From: Trichoplax adhaerens | Taxonomy: Eukaryota; Animalia; Placozoa | Assembly: GCF_000150275.1 (NCBI RefSeq) | Contig: NW_002060952.1 | Coordinates: forward strand, 1,041,095 to 1,105,094 | Length of the DNA: 64,000 bases | Direction of reading: 5' to 3' | In this document: one piece after another, positions 13,991-33,434 of the stretch | How positions within the stretch are numbered: position 1 is the first letter of the stretch | Layout: each line of letters begins with the position of its first letter | Program-made: the position numbers and the translations under genes | Notes under the pieces: model-generated | What the model was told of the DNA's origin: nothing | What the model saw: the letters and a program-made list of their open reading frames with translations, nothing else | Databases searched by the model: none

Positions 13991-14935
13991 TAATTTCAAA
14001 TTTCAATTTCAAAATCGTCATTCAATGTGTCGCTAACATCTCGGCCAGCTTAACTTTCTTTCACTTTGAAATAGGAAAAAATAACTTGTTGGGTAAGATG
14101 GAGTATTTTGACTAAAATAATTCAATTTTTTATTGTCAGTGTCTCCATTTGGCTATTTATTACAAGTGTATGTGTTCAGTGGTTAAAAATGAGCGTTAAT
14201 AATCGAGTAGCCGATAGATGACGAGAACTCGAACCTAGGTGATAATTTTTCAAAGGTTGATATCAAATCTGCTGAACTGTATTGATATTTTAGTATTGCA
14301 GAGAGTGTTTTCAAGTAGAGGTGTGGTAATTTTAAGCCTTATCTGATGTTCAGAGATATCTACTAGATACAGAGTGGAACACCTATGTAGTATTTCTCAT
14401 AGCATTGCCGTAGTTTAGAGGATGCCAAACATAAATAGTTGGTATCAGAAAAAAATAATAACCAGTGAAAATTGCACTGACCAGTGTTACCGATAGCAGA
14501 CTGACTGTAGAACGTTAACTCCCACCCAACCGAACTAGCGAGCGTAGTTACATTACACGGAAATCAAATGTTTTATCTCGGATTTCTCGACAAGTTCAGT
14601 GGATTTACTTATAGTACTGAGTAATAAGACATCCACGGCTAGTAATAGGTCGACTGTGACTGATCTGCAACGTAAGCAGTCAATGCCAAGCCCTTTCAGC
14701 GATTTTTACCCGACCAAACTACTGTAGTTTGCTGACATCAAACATTTCATCTCAGATTGCTCTTCGATTCATTTCATTTGTTTCAAATTCCTGGCGATTA
14801 GATACAGTAACGTTATAGTAGGGCATAAAATCATAACATAGAAGCTATATCTCAACTTTTCAAACGTCTCATTTTTGGTCAATTTTAGAGTGCCTTTAAA
14901 TTCTTGTCGTTAAACATCGAAATTGGCTAATCAAT

Positions 14936-20669
<5,734 letters not shown>

Positions 20670-23436
20670 GAAGTAATTGAGTACTACCAACTTATCATGA
20701 AATAATTGTTAGAAACATTAGAGGCGATTGTAATTGCATACGAACGAGTGATTTGTATTTCAGATTGCATTTATTGCCTCAGATATTAAACGATAAATCT
20801 TATAATTTTAAACATATACAAAGATTAGTCTGTGGGGTTATTAAAAGTATATGTATGTTAATTTAACATAGCAACACTTCTAACATGAGCTTTATGCCCT
20901 AGAATTGTATAACTTTTTAAGTTTGTTTGTAATTTGTAATTTAATTATACGATTTATACTGCAAAGCACATAGATGACATACATATACATTAAATGTATT
21001 CTTTGTAATGTATCTACATTTAGTTGATTGCACTTCAATTGAAATTTTATCTGGCTATGCTATCGCTTTTATTTAAATAAATCACAGAATATGAAGTGTG
21101 TCATTTAGGATGGATATAATGATTTACTACCGGCACTGACTGCAATCAATTGTCTAACTATTTGCTATAAATACCAGGTTAATTATTATGTTTGCTGCAT
21201 TATCTGGCAGTATCGTGCTTATGATGTTATTATTTTCTGTGTAACAAATTGACTACTACTGCAACCATGAAGGTGTTCCCAAAGGGGGTGTATTTTTAAT
21301 TTTGTGGAAACGCTGTTGCAGTGTATTTAAAAATGCATTTACTGTTGTTGATGCAAAATATTGTATGGCTTATATAATCAAATTTATAACAGTCACAGGG
21401 AAAATTGGATTCCAGATTATTAAAGCAAATGCGAAAAATTAAGTTTTATGCGTGATTATTTCATGTAATTAACACTTTAGAAACAAAGCAAATTTAAGTG
21501 TTTGCTGAAAGCTATCGTATCGTACTTTTTCCATGCTCTACGGCGATTAAGGATACCAAATGTAAACTTGTAACTACAATTAACTCAAAAGGCGCATAAA
21601 CAACATGCTTTTATCAATCAAACTTGCCTAAATTCAGTAGTTCATGGAAAGTATAATACTATACTACGGTATAGAAATTACTGTAAAGAAGTCAAACCTG
21701 AAGTTAAAACGATTAAGCATAGCAAATTAAATAGTTTTATTACTCGACATCTTTGAAGATAAATATTAATTAACAAAAGTGTTGTAGATATGATCGTCTC
21801 CGTTATTGACTCAGGATTAAGAGTACGTATCATATAACTTATGAAGAGCTCTGTCTCCATGTCGTTCTTAGAAGTCAACTTAAATACTTTTACAAAGCAG
21901 TCGCAAAATTGATTAAACCTGAAAGGAACGCAGACCGTTCTTGGAAGTAGAACTGATTTATGTCAGGAAATGAGGTGATAAGAAATTGAAGTTTTGCTAT
22001 TTTATTTTTAAGATACTACAGCAAATAACAAATAGATCTGATGTCTACTTACAAAATTAATGTTTAAGTCGGGTCTGTAGTCTATTACAAGTTCTGGTAT
22101 ATTTCTCTCTCAAGCAAGTTGACACGTGGCCGAACATCAAGATATTTCACGATATACTATTCGATTAAAGACTAACTGCTACTTCATAAATGAATACGCA
22201 TATCTCTTAGTCTTGATAGAAAGATACAGATTTCATAGCCACGCAAATGCAGTCTATGTTTTAAAATGTGTCTGTCTGGCTTACACTTATTACATGAATT
22301 TTAATTTTCGTGCGGGTTGCAGACAACAAAAACCATTTTATAATTCGGCGTCTCATCTTATTAGCGATGAAAAACATAGAAAATTGAGAACAATATAGAT
22401 CGATGAAGCTCAAGCAGAGGGTGGAAATAGCAAGCTAAATCATAATATAGATCCGTTAGGATTAGCCCCGGAAATCTGTTATAAATGCATATTCGACTGA
22501 TTATATAGTTATCAAGTGTCTGGTTTACCGATATGTGTTTCTTCTAGTGTATCTTTTGGCAATTTGTAGGCTATTTTGCTAATAAATATAATCATCCCTT
22601 TGGTTGGATAGCTAATACCGACATTTACTTAGATTTTCTACTCATATTTGTTATTTAAAAACTGGAAAAGTATTTTTAGAATCTTTAGATAGAAATTCTT
22701 AATTTATTTCTAAAATTAGATTGTGTTCAAGATCAATAGGACTTAAATGTAGACAATATCCATCCTATATAGTAAGCCATGGTAAAATGATCGGAACTAG
22801 AATAGGAGTTTAAAGTTTTCGCAACCTTAATCTTCCGAAATAGCTATTACAATATTGATTATATTCGTTTTCTAAATTTGCTAATGAAATTTCATCATAA
22901 TTTTGACGCTTATAAGTTGATTCTTTGCTAATAACTCAACATTATTTAACTATCGCTAATGCCATATTCACCTAGGCTGTATTGTCTATTTTCTTAAATT
23001 AAATACTAGTACTTTGTCCTGCAACTTATTAATAGATCTTGAACAGTGTATTCTTGTTTTTTCGACACTCCGTAGAAGATTTAATGCACTATAAGTTGCT
23101 TTCAATGTGTAAATAGAACAACAAACTCATCAACTTTTAAGGAAAAGATACCGCAGTAAAGCACTTACTTAATTTCGTCATATGAGTGCTAAATTATTTG
23201 TGCCGTACGGTACTCTATTTTGATAACCAGTGGGTATGAATCTGCCATTTTGGATGGAGATATCATAAAAAGCGAAGATATTGCAAGATCTTGGGCTGAG
23301 TTTCCTTACGTAAATGAAAATAAGCGAGATGAGTGTATTTGATAATCTTCCTAGAATTTTAATAATTTGCTTCATACGCGTACAGTTAGTAAATCGATTA
23401 ATTCGAATGTTAAAGTAAACAAATTCCATGACCAAT

Positions 23437-24333
23437 TGAATTCAAGCATATTAGTAGAAAACTAGAAAATGAATCATTAAAATGAATATTTAGCCTCACA
23501 TTGGAAGCTAATTTCACTATCTTTTCTTAATAATTATTTAAGTTAAGAAAATTCGATCTATTACATTACAACTTTCAATTTTCAGAATACAGATCGGTAT
23601 TGCTATCCATAAATGAAGACTTTTGATTACCAAGGATCAAGTAGTACGTAGATGGCAAGTTTCGTTGCAAGAAAATTATATCTATTTTACATATTGTAAC
23701 TTTCAATATTCACAGTATTGATTCGCATTATTATCAATAAATTAATACTTTTGGGCAGGCTTAGGCACTTTTGGCTGGTCAATTAAGTTCAAGTATGTCA
23801 GTAAAAAACTAGAAATTGAATATTTAGCCTGGCACAGGCAGCTAATTTCATTTTCTTTTCTTAATATTCATTTCAGTCAAGAAATTAGACCTATTCTTGG
23901 ATATTGGAACTTTCAATGTTCATAATGGAAATCCGTAATGCTATCCATAATTTAGACTCTTAGATAGGTTTAGGCGTTAAGTTCAAGCATGTCAGTAGAA
24001 ATACAAAACGAATGAACATTTAGAGTCGAACTGGCAGCTAATTTAATCATCTCTTCTTGATATTCATTTAACTTAAGAAAATTAGGTCTATTTTTGTATA
24101 TTATAACTTTCAATATTAATAATACAGTTCCGTATTACTTTTCATAAATGAACACTTTCGATTACGTAGGGTAAAAAAGTATGCAGATGACAAGTTTTGT
24201 TGTAAGAAAATTACATCTATTCTTGCATACTATAATTTTCCCTATTCATAATACAGATCCATATTACTATACATAAATGAATATTTTTGATTACCTAGGG
24301 TAAAATGGTATGCACATGGCAAGTTTTGTTGCA
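23437..24333. repeat. Compound degenerate tandem repeat (two interleaved ~100-120 bp units)
   Basis: Unit A (TTCAAGYAT..AGTARAAA..GAAYATTTAG..GCTAATTT) occurs at ~23440, ~23788 and ~23982. Unit B (AAGAAAATT..TCTATT..AACTTTCAAT..ATAAATGAA..GATTAC..CAAGTTT.GTTG) occurs in several full or partial copies. Confidence 0.8.
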
Positions 24334-27300
24334 AAGGCGAATATCTGGCACATTAACCCTTTCTTACACTCTTACCCTTTGAAAGAGACTAGTCCTACAA
24401 CCCGTCGCGTTGCTGATGGACTATGGCTCATAACGCTGTCCATATTACTTATGCAAATACGTATATTGTTGACATCAAACAATTATCCGAAGCAGGTATT
24501 TAAATTTTTTACAGTAAAAAATTTCCGACCGCATGTTTTTTCAACGTTTAACTTAGCTTTTATTCAATTGGTCGAGGTTTATAATCAAGCACGCCAGTAT
24601 GAATAATTATCAATGCTTATGAAGTGTAAAAATGAAGTATTCAAATTGCATTCTCATCAGGAAAAATCAACAATAAAATTTAAACCTCTTCTAACTTCAA
24701 AGAGTATCATTAGTCATTTCTAGAGGGTGGAAAAATTGTAATCCTCTATTTGATTCCGTTATTTTGTTCTTTAATTTACCGTTTCAACAATCAATGAATC
24801 CGATTGGATAATGGTAACTTCTAATGGTAGACGGATTAATATGGTACGACTACATGACTTAATTAAGATATCTATCTGCAATTCTCAGCATGTATTAAAG
24901 TTACCGGATCTCTATTTCACGCTTGAATGGAGGACGGAAGCTCGTAAGGATATAAAATATATCTGTTATTGTATCTCTATCTAGAGAAATATCTTACAAC
25001 TTTCTTGACTTTCAAGTAGATAAGTAAGGATTCTTGATTAATTTTATTGAATTCTTATCGTCTATAGTATATTGATTAGTACTTAGTTCGTGTTCCGAAT
25101 TCTTCTTTGCCATATAGGCGACGATTCCGTTCGATTTGAAACAAAAAAGTCATAGTGGGCATTCAAACCAATTCGAGTCAGGAAGCAGGTGTTGATTAAT
25201 TTCACATTGATAACAATATCTAAAGAGTCTGAAGTAAATTAAAACTATCGTCTAAAATGGGTACCTCTGGCTATCATACAACGTCATCAGGTATTTTATT
25301 CCATTTTTTCTATCTGCTTGTCCATGTCATGTTGTAAAGTAAAATAACTGATTGCATTACATTGACTGTTATACATCTATCATAACGTGGCGATAGAATA
25401 TTTTAGAATTATTTCTTTTATTTTATAGACATGGGAGGGGAAAGAATTGGCAATATTTTATTTTATATCATGCGTGACATTGTCTATTACCGTCTCGTCT
25501 ATTGATGTCGACCAAGAAAATGATGCTTGCATATTTTTTTATTAATTTGATCGATAAAGTATCTTTACTGAAGCGATTCTCTCCGCCGTTAACACATGAT
25601 TAACTACGTTACCAGGCTGCAAGATAAAAAAAGCTCAAGATTGGATAAAGTAGAATAGTCAGTATTGGATTTTTTTAAGGCGGTAACAATATACTCTGGC
25701 AGACATGAAATTGATTCAATAGAAATGTCAATCCTTTGTATATTATACAAACTATCATTGCTATCTAGGCTATTAAGAGCTTTCCATAATTGAGAGTCTA
25801 TTAAACGAACAAACATAGAGTATAATTTAAGTGTTTGTTAATCAATGTTGAATATGAGCTAAGCAGACATGTATTAATATTTGAATTTATTGCCTAGACC
25901 TGCCTGTATAATAACTAACTTGACATAATAGTTAAAATATGTTAAAAACAGTAGAACTCAGTAGCATACTAGCTATCCTATCTTACAGATGACTGCATAA
26001 AGATAATTAATTGCCTTAGATTGCCATTTTTGAGTTCAAAATAGATCATAGCATACTGAAATTTACAGTTTGAACATAATCAATGACAGAGATGGCTGAA
26101 AAAGATATTCAATCCGACAGGGTGAATTAGGCGTTTTCTTTCAGCTAAATGATTGACATATTAGACAGGTCGACGTCAAGGTAAATTAGACATTTGCAAG
26201 AAGATGCGACTATTCAATCGGTAATATCTCTTCTTAATGCTACAGTTGAAGAAATTGAATTGTTCAAACAGTTGATAAAATTCAATTCAATATCATTAAT
26301 GAATATTTGATTTAAAAAATGAATTGATTAACCTGTAGCTAAGGGATTATAGAAAAAATTGATATGATTTAAATTGCCTCCTCCATTAATTATAGAAAAT
26401 ATCAAAAGAAGGAGGAGCAAGGAGATTAAATTTTCTGATTGCAGTAATTCTGCACCCTAAAGACGGATAATAATGTCTGACAGAATTCAGAACCGATCTA
26501 GCAATTAGGGCGTCAAATAGGAACAACGTGACTATCTTATGTCTAATCCAGTATAATTTAATCTTTCATTTAAATTCAATGTAGCCACTATAGAATGAAT
26601 TTATTGGAAATACAGAATAGAGGGTTTATTTTATTCGATTTATTATTTCAATGGTTGCTAAAGCCGGAAAATGCAGTCATGATTTCCTTCTTGCAATATT
26701 GTCACTCTATACGATTGCAACTCTGTTGGAGGTAACATCAATCAATCAGTTGTTTGTATCAGTTACCTTTGATAGAACGTAAAGATTCCTTGTTATTTGC
26801 AATAACAGTATAAAATTAGCGTGAAATAGCTGAATTGAAAGAAAGAAGTTAATTTTGGGAGATATTGCATAAATAAGATTTCCAATCAGGCATTTGATAC
26901 AAATAAGAATTCAGGATCCCATTCCATAAATCTATTTATAAGCATAGTGATAGGCAATTGGTATAGTAATTTAAATAATGCTTTACAGCTATTCATGTTG
27001 AAAAACTAAAATTTATGTATTGGATAACTGAGTGATACCTTAATTACTCTTATTTGCATATTCATATACCTGAAAGCTACAGCAAGTTCTCGTATTTTTT
27101 GCAGTGTTCCGTTTTTATTCGATTAGAATTGACATAGCTGATCAATAAGGGATAGAGTTTTATCTATATATAACCAATATAGCAATTTTTTTAATCCACT
27201 GCTGGCAGTAAACTATACGCCGGAAAAATTACACACCAAGGATCAGTCAACATTAAAATGCTAAAAATGATTTATTAAACTTAGTTGGTATATGATATAG

Positions 27301-30300
27301 TCGATTAATTATGTCACCAACTGGGAAAGTCTATTCATGTGTCACGGTACGAACTACCGTGAAGAAATAGATATCTAAATCTGGTTAATATAATATAGTG
27401 ATATTATATTACAACTAGTTACTTACATTAGGAATTATTCTAATTATAAATGTGTTACAGTAAATTTAATGCTGTGCTGTAATGTGTACTGAAATGATTC
27501 TGTGAATGGACATATTGTAGTCCGACTGTGAAAAGCTTGTTAGTAGATGTTCTCACCTAAGCATTTTTATAAGATGACTTGTGAATGTTAGCTGCTGTAG
27601 AAAGGTATATAAGCCCGTCAGATAGTTGAATAAAGCAGTTCTCAATTGTATAGTTGTTTTAACGTAGAAGCAAAGGCGTCTAAATTCTTGTGAGGTAGTT
27701 AAGGGATACTGAATCCCGGAGACTATAGTAATTTAGAGATTAGTTTTACGTTATCCTTGTCACGAAGCTGGTTTGTGACATCATGGGAGACTCCGTAGCA
27801 AGATAGATAGATAATAATGTACACAAATTTCGAAATAATACTACACTATCAGGATTAGCCATGGTAAGAATCGTCTGCTCTACAAGAGTATTGCAGATTC
27901 AAAAAGATGTAACATTTCTGAGCAAGATTAAGCTACTAGATTCTGTAGTCGATAATCCGAATACTTTTCAAATTTCCGTCATTTATAGGCTCAATATAAA
28001 TTAGGACTTTCTCAGTATTGAAAAATCAAGTTTTCTAGTAAATTAAACTAGTATAAATTAGAAAAAATGAATTTAATTGAAGTTGTTAATACTAGTATTC
28101 AAAATTAAAAGTGTAGCTAATAGTATGCTAACTCTATCTTTCATTCAATAACAGAGATTATCGTAAAAACTGTTTGATTATAGGGTGGATAAAGAGATGT
28201 ACATGGATATTATTTTGCTTTAGTGGCCATTTAAAAAGTTGCTATAGTATTGGCGTTAATTGTGGTTTTATAGAATCATCAATAATCTTAGTGTAATAAA
28301 ATTAAGAAAACGGTTGATTAATTATGTTAAAAAGAGATTACTAAAGCAAGGATAGACTTCTAATCTTCTACAAGAATGTATCGCATTTAAGCTCGTATAT
28401 GGATAGTTTATACAGTGGTTGAGAATCCTAGATAAAAAGGCAGCCAGTTATTCATTCATTTAAATTTTACACTTCATGAAATACTTAGATATGAATAACT
28501 AGGATAGCAGACAATATCGATAGAAATTAGGTGCCATACGAAATGATAGAATTATACATTTGGATATGTGGCGTAATTATTTATCGATTAAAAGTTAAGA
28601 ACTATGCTATATAAAGTATGATGATATCAAAACTATGAATATTTTCAATTTAAGTAGTTCAAGCTAATATTTTTTAAGAACAATTCTGTTAAATTTTAGA
28701 AGAATCTATTTAGGGTCTTTTACTTTACAAGTATTAATAGACTCCGTACCTTTATATAGCTACTTTCAGATCCCCTTGGGCTATCCTGCCTGTTTGGATT
28801 CAGAAAGTAGCATAATAACCTGATGATCAGTGCAGGTGTAACCAACTACTAGTAGATATAATCGTTGACTTAATTCTTCCTCTAGTAGTCCGTTATAAAA
28901 TCTGGAAGAAAAGTGATTTCGCAAACTACACCGAAACAACATTAACTGAGCGATGTCCTTTTACTTCTAAACTGCATCTATTTCAATGAACACTTGTAAG
29001 AAAGTCAAAATTTAGCTGGTGGATAATTTTTTAAGTACGATCCTACTCGATCATTCCCTTCCAAATCACTTTATGTTTGGCAATTTTACCATTGTGAGAT
29101 AATTCTCTTTAAACATTAATTTAATATTAATGATTGGCGATATGTTGGATATGTTCTATTTGATCTACAGCAAAATGTATAATTCTGTTAGGTTGCCAGA
29201 GGGGGAATTCATGGTAAACTAAAAGCTTTGCAAGTCGATTCTGATTGATAACGATTCCAATTTTAGCTCTCCATTTTTTTTACCTATACAGGCATTGTTT
29301 ATTAAAACCTTACTCTATTTCATGCCAATTACAATAAAATTTTATAGACTAATGGCAGTAGCTATTTTAAGGCTTAACTTGGCTATGCTATAAATTCTCA
29401 TTAGTGGTCAATCCCAAGGTACACTTTAACGACAGCGGTAATATTGGTAATCATCAAAACATTATGGTATTGTTATGTATTGGTTGTTATGAAGAGGAAA
29501 TATAACTGCTTATCTAGATTGCTTGTCTAGATTACCATGATGTAAAATCTGTAATACAACATTTATGATAAATGATGGTAACAAAATCAAAATAAAAAAT
29601 ACCAACAATTCTATAATTTATCAGTGTTATTTTTAGTTATCAATTTTTCGACTACAACAAGTATCAAGGATGTCTATTTTAATCAATAGCTATTAATATT
29701 GTTATATATACATATATATATGCATATAGCTAGGTTAGTGATGTTCAATGAATGGATGAATACTGATCAAATTTTTATTTTCCTCTTTTGACGCCCTGTA
29801 TTATGTATTTAAATTATTATAATTGAAGTGGGCGTCTAAATATAGCGAAAGTGAATTCAAAGTAGATAGAGAAAACAAACTACCAGCTTGTTTTTTTTTT
29901 ATTTTTCAAATACATATATACAGGTATTATGTTGCAAGGGGGAATATTGTAAATTCAATTCAAATTTCGCTAGGGTATTCGCATTGATCTTTTTTTCTTG
30001 TAACAGCTAAGTTACAAACAGAAGAGCAATTGATTAGCACGTTGAAGATGAGGTTATAAGCTATTAGTATGATGGAACTACTTCCGTGTTTTGGTATGGA
30101 AAGAAAACACAAGTAGGCCTTAGCTATTTGACGATCATGATATGAGAAAAAATATCCGTTAATCAATCAGTCAATTTATGCAATGTTCATTTATCATTTC
30201 TCATATTTTTGAATAATAAATGAAGGACGACAAATCAGTATTGACAAAAAATATAGTGAATAGGAAAAGAAGACGGAAAGGAAATTGTTTAAAAATAAAA

Positions 30301-32529
30301 AGTAGAAAAACAATGCCAACAATTGATTAATGAGACTAGATAAATGAACAAAGCATAAAAGCAGAAAAATGTATTTATGCCAAAATGGTTTGTTGTTGTT
30401 TTCCTACTTATTTATTCTTTTATTATCAAATTCTTGTTAGGTTATGTTACTTAGCAACATGACATTAACTAGTTCAAATGATGATCAATTCTTGTTGGTT
30501 AGGTAAAAATTATTATAAATGATGTAGAATTATACCGATAGAATAGATCTATATAAATATAAATATAACCTTATCGATAGTAAGAGGAAATGAATAGTAA
30601 CATAACAATTCCTGACATTGTCATAACAGTAATAGATGATATTATAGTTGACTAACTATTTTTAATTTTTCAGAAATGTTAATTCTCTGATATCATGCAA
30701 GATAATATGCATAGTTGGTTGAGGTGAATTAATGTCTTAATCTTAAAAATGCTGATGACTAAGAATTGAATTCGCCATTTTCGACTGTTTACATTATCGA
30801 AATTGTTTGTCAATCCCTTAATAATAACGATGAAAAAGTATTAAATCGCTTGCAATGTTAGATTGAAATATACGATCACATGATAACCTGCTAGTTTATT
30901 TAGTGATCGTAGTTAACGATTTACTGTTATACTATGGCTTGGTCTTCATGTAAATAGAAAAAAAAGGCATAGTGGAATTATGAAATAATTAAAATTCTAT
31001 ATTACATGTGGTAGACAAAAAGTGTCCAATGATTACATAGTTGACACAAATAATTGTTTGCGATTTTTTCTACTAGTAATGTGTAGTCATTTAGCTTATA
31101 TCATATAATTAAAGGAAGAATGTTAGTGGATAATTTAATGTCATGATTATCGCCGTTGTAGTAGTGATAATGGTCTTGAAGACTATATTATGCTTATTGA
31201 CTACAACATTTATCGTTGGTAGCTTTAATAGTAGACAATATTAGTTAACAGGAATGAAAAGTTGACAATTTTATTAAAGATTCTATTTTTTGAATATAGA
31301 AAAAAAATAGGTCTATAATTCAAAATAGATTACTACTTGTCAAAGTGATTTTATTTTTAAATATGCATCTTAAAAATACTAGAATTTTTGATGGCACCAT
31401 TCGATCTATAAATATAAGTGGAGAAAGATTATGAATTCTACTGTGGTATAATACCTAATCTAATCGCAATAAATATTGTGTTTGCTGTGTATAGTGAGCA
31501 AATAGTTGTTTCACACCAAGTTGAGTGACTACATAATTAATTCATGGATAGTAATAAATGATATTCAATCTGTATGGATCAATAATACTATTGAATTAGA
31601 AGACAGTAAGTAAATAGCACTGCTACGATAAAAACTATAATTTCATTTGATATGATTTTCAATATGTAGCATATTTTACTTGTTGTGAAGACTATAGAGG
31701 AAATTTTGCCTCGTACCAAATGATAAGTATTTATTCTTCTTAGGCTAAAGAATATATTCTGCACTGTGCTATCATTTGTATGTATTGATCTACCTATCGA
31801 TAACTTTATCTCAAGCCTACAGAGGTATTAATAGATACTCCCTATGGATAGAATGACAGATTAGAGTGGCAAAAATATCGTGCCTGAAAACAATCTACCT
31901 ATCTCTATCTATCAATTTGCAAATATACTGTCTTCATTTCTACTATATTTAAAATATCAATACAATACCCAAAGTGATATTTCGAATTCTCTATGACAAT
32001 AATTCAATCTAGTCAATTATTAAATAAAATACTGGCTATTTTTATATTTTAAAACTATTTTTCGATATGATGAATCTTGGCTATTCTAAAGAATGACTAT
32101 CCTGTCCAGCAAAAATCCTTCTATCCAACTCGTTATCGTAGTCTACTATTCTTAGCCAAGCCTTTAGGTTATATTATACTATTTCAGCCCTCTAACTGTG
32201 ATTCGATCTATATTAAGAATATTGATTTTTTTATTTAGTATATTGCATCTTTTTACCACTTGATATAATATATATAGATAGTATGTTATTGAGTATCTCA
32301 TCAATTTGCAAAGCTTATCCTTTTCTGTCATGTCACAAGACATATAGATCCACTATAGGTTTTCTTCGATCTCTAGCTATATCCTACAAGCTCAACGACT
32401 GTAGAATAGAAATTAATTTTGTAGTTAGAATACTAGTATACCGTAGAATAGAATTCACTCTTGAATGTCATAAACATCCGATGAATTGTTTACTATAAGC
32501 AAAAGTTTTTCTATAATTTGAAATCAAGC

Positions 32530-32661
32530 TGACGTCACAATTACGTAACCGGATGTTTGCGTATTTTTAATATATTGTGCAATGTAATTTATTGACGTAC
32601 TTTATAAAAATTGTCCCATTTAGCCATTTTGTTAGTATTATTGATAGAGCCAATCATTGGA
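32530..32661 (+). promoter_or_regulatory. Putative PaxB proximal promoter motif cluster
   Basis: TGACGTCA (CRE, 32530), TTACGTAA (PAR-bZIP type, 32541), ACCGGATGT (ETS type, 32548), AGCCAATCA (CCAAT, 32648), 0.8-0.9 kb upstream of the ATG and followed by a GC-richer stretch. Confidence 0.45.
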
Positions 32662-33434
32662 AATTGGGTTTCATGTTTTATTTCATAAGAATAGCTGCTA
32701 GATTACAAACAAATAGTTGCAGCCGCACATTGCTTTAAATGCAAGCTGAACAGCTCGATTGCACATCAGATACAACCGTGCTGTGGCTCAACTAGCAGTG
32801 AGTAGCGCTCGCTGTAGTGGTCGCACCGGATTTAACTAACTTTGACGCCAAGTATTCCAATTATTATCATACACCGTGACCAATTGCCATTTATTTGGAG
32901 CATTTTCATCTTGGATTTTATCTTATTGCTATTAGTACTATATTACTTGACTGTAAACAGTCAGTCTAGTTTAGGTTAAAAGAAAAATTAGTTCGTACGA
33001 TATTGATTTTCCTTCATCCGACCAGTTCTATTTTGAGCACTTCGACGCTGTAAGCCAATCCCACGCTACATTGGAATCTTATTAGCTATTCTAAAATATC
33101 CTATTGATATTGAGTTCATTAATTTCTAGTACAGTTTTGCTTCTAATAACTATATCAGCTTGCAAGAATTTTACGTTAATTCAAATCAACTTATCTCAAT
33201 ATATTTTATAATACTACAATTTGAATTGGTCTCATCCTATATTCAAGCAATTGTATCTCCTTGGTCTCCAACTTATTGAAATTAGCTGCAATCAACTTTC
33301 AATACTGATCTACATACCATTTTTCATTGATTGGAAGTGAATTTTCACCGTAATCTACTCCTGGAATTAAAAAAGTATTTCTCTAATCTACTCTTCTTGC
33401 CTACCGAATCAATCAATCAATACTAGACATAGTT

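Noticed and set aside
14222-14240. GGTTCGAGTTC B-box-like motif on - (also GGTTCG motifs at 51309-51553) as tRNA or SINE
   Set aside because: No correctly spaced A box and no cloverleaf could be built.
23437-24333. CRISPR-like or LRR-coding interpretation of the repeat array
   Set aside because: Eukaryotic context, long degenerate units without unique spacers, and no sustained reading frame.
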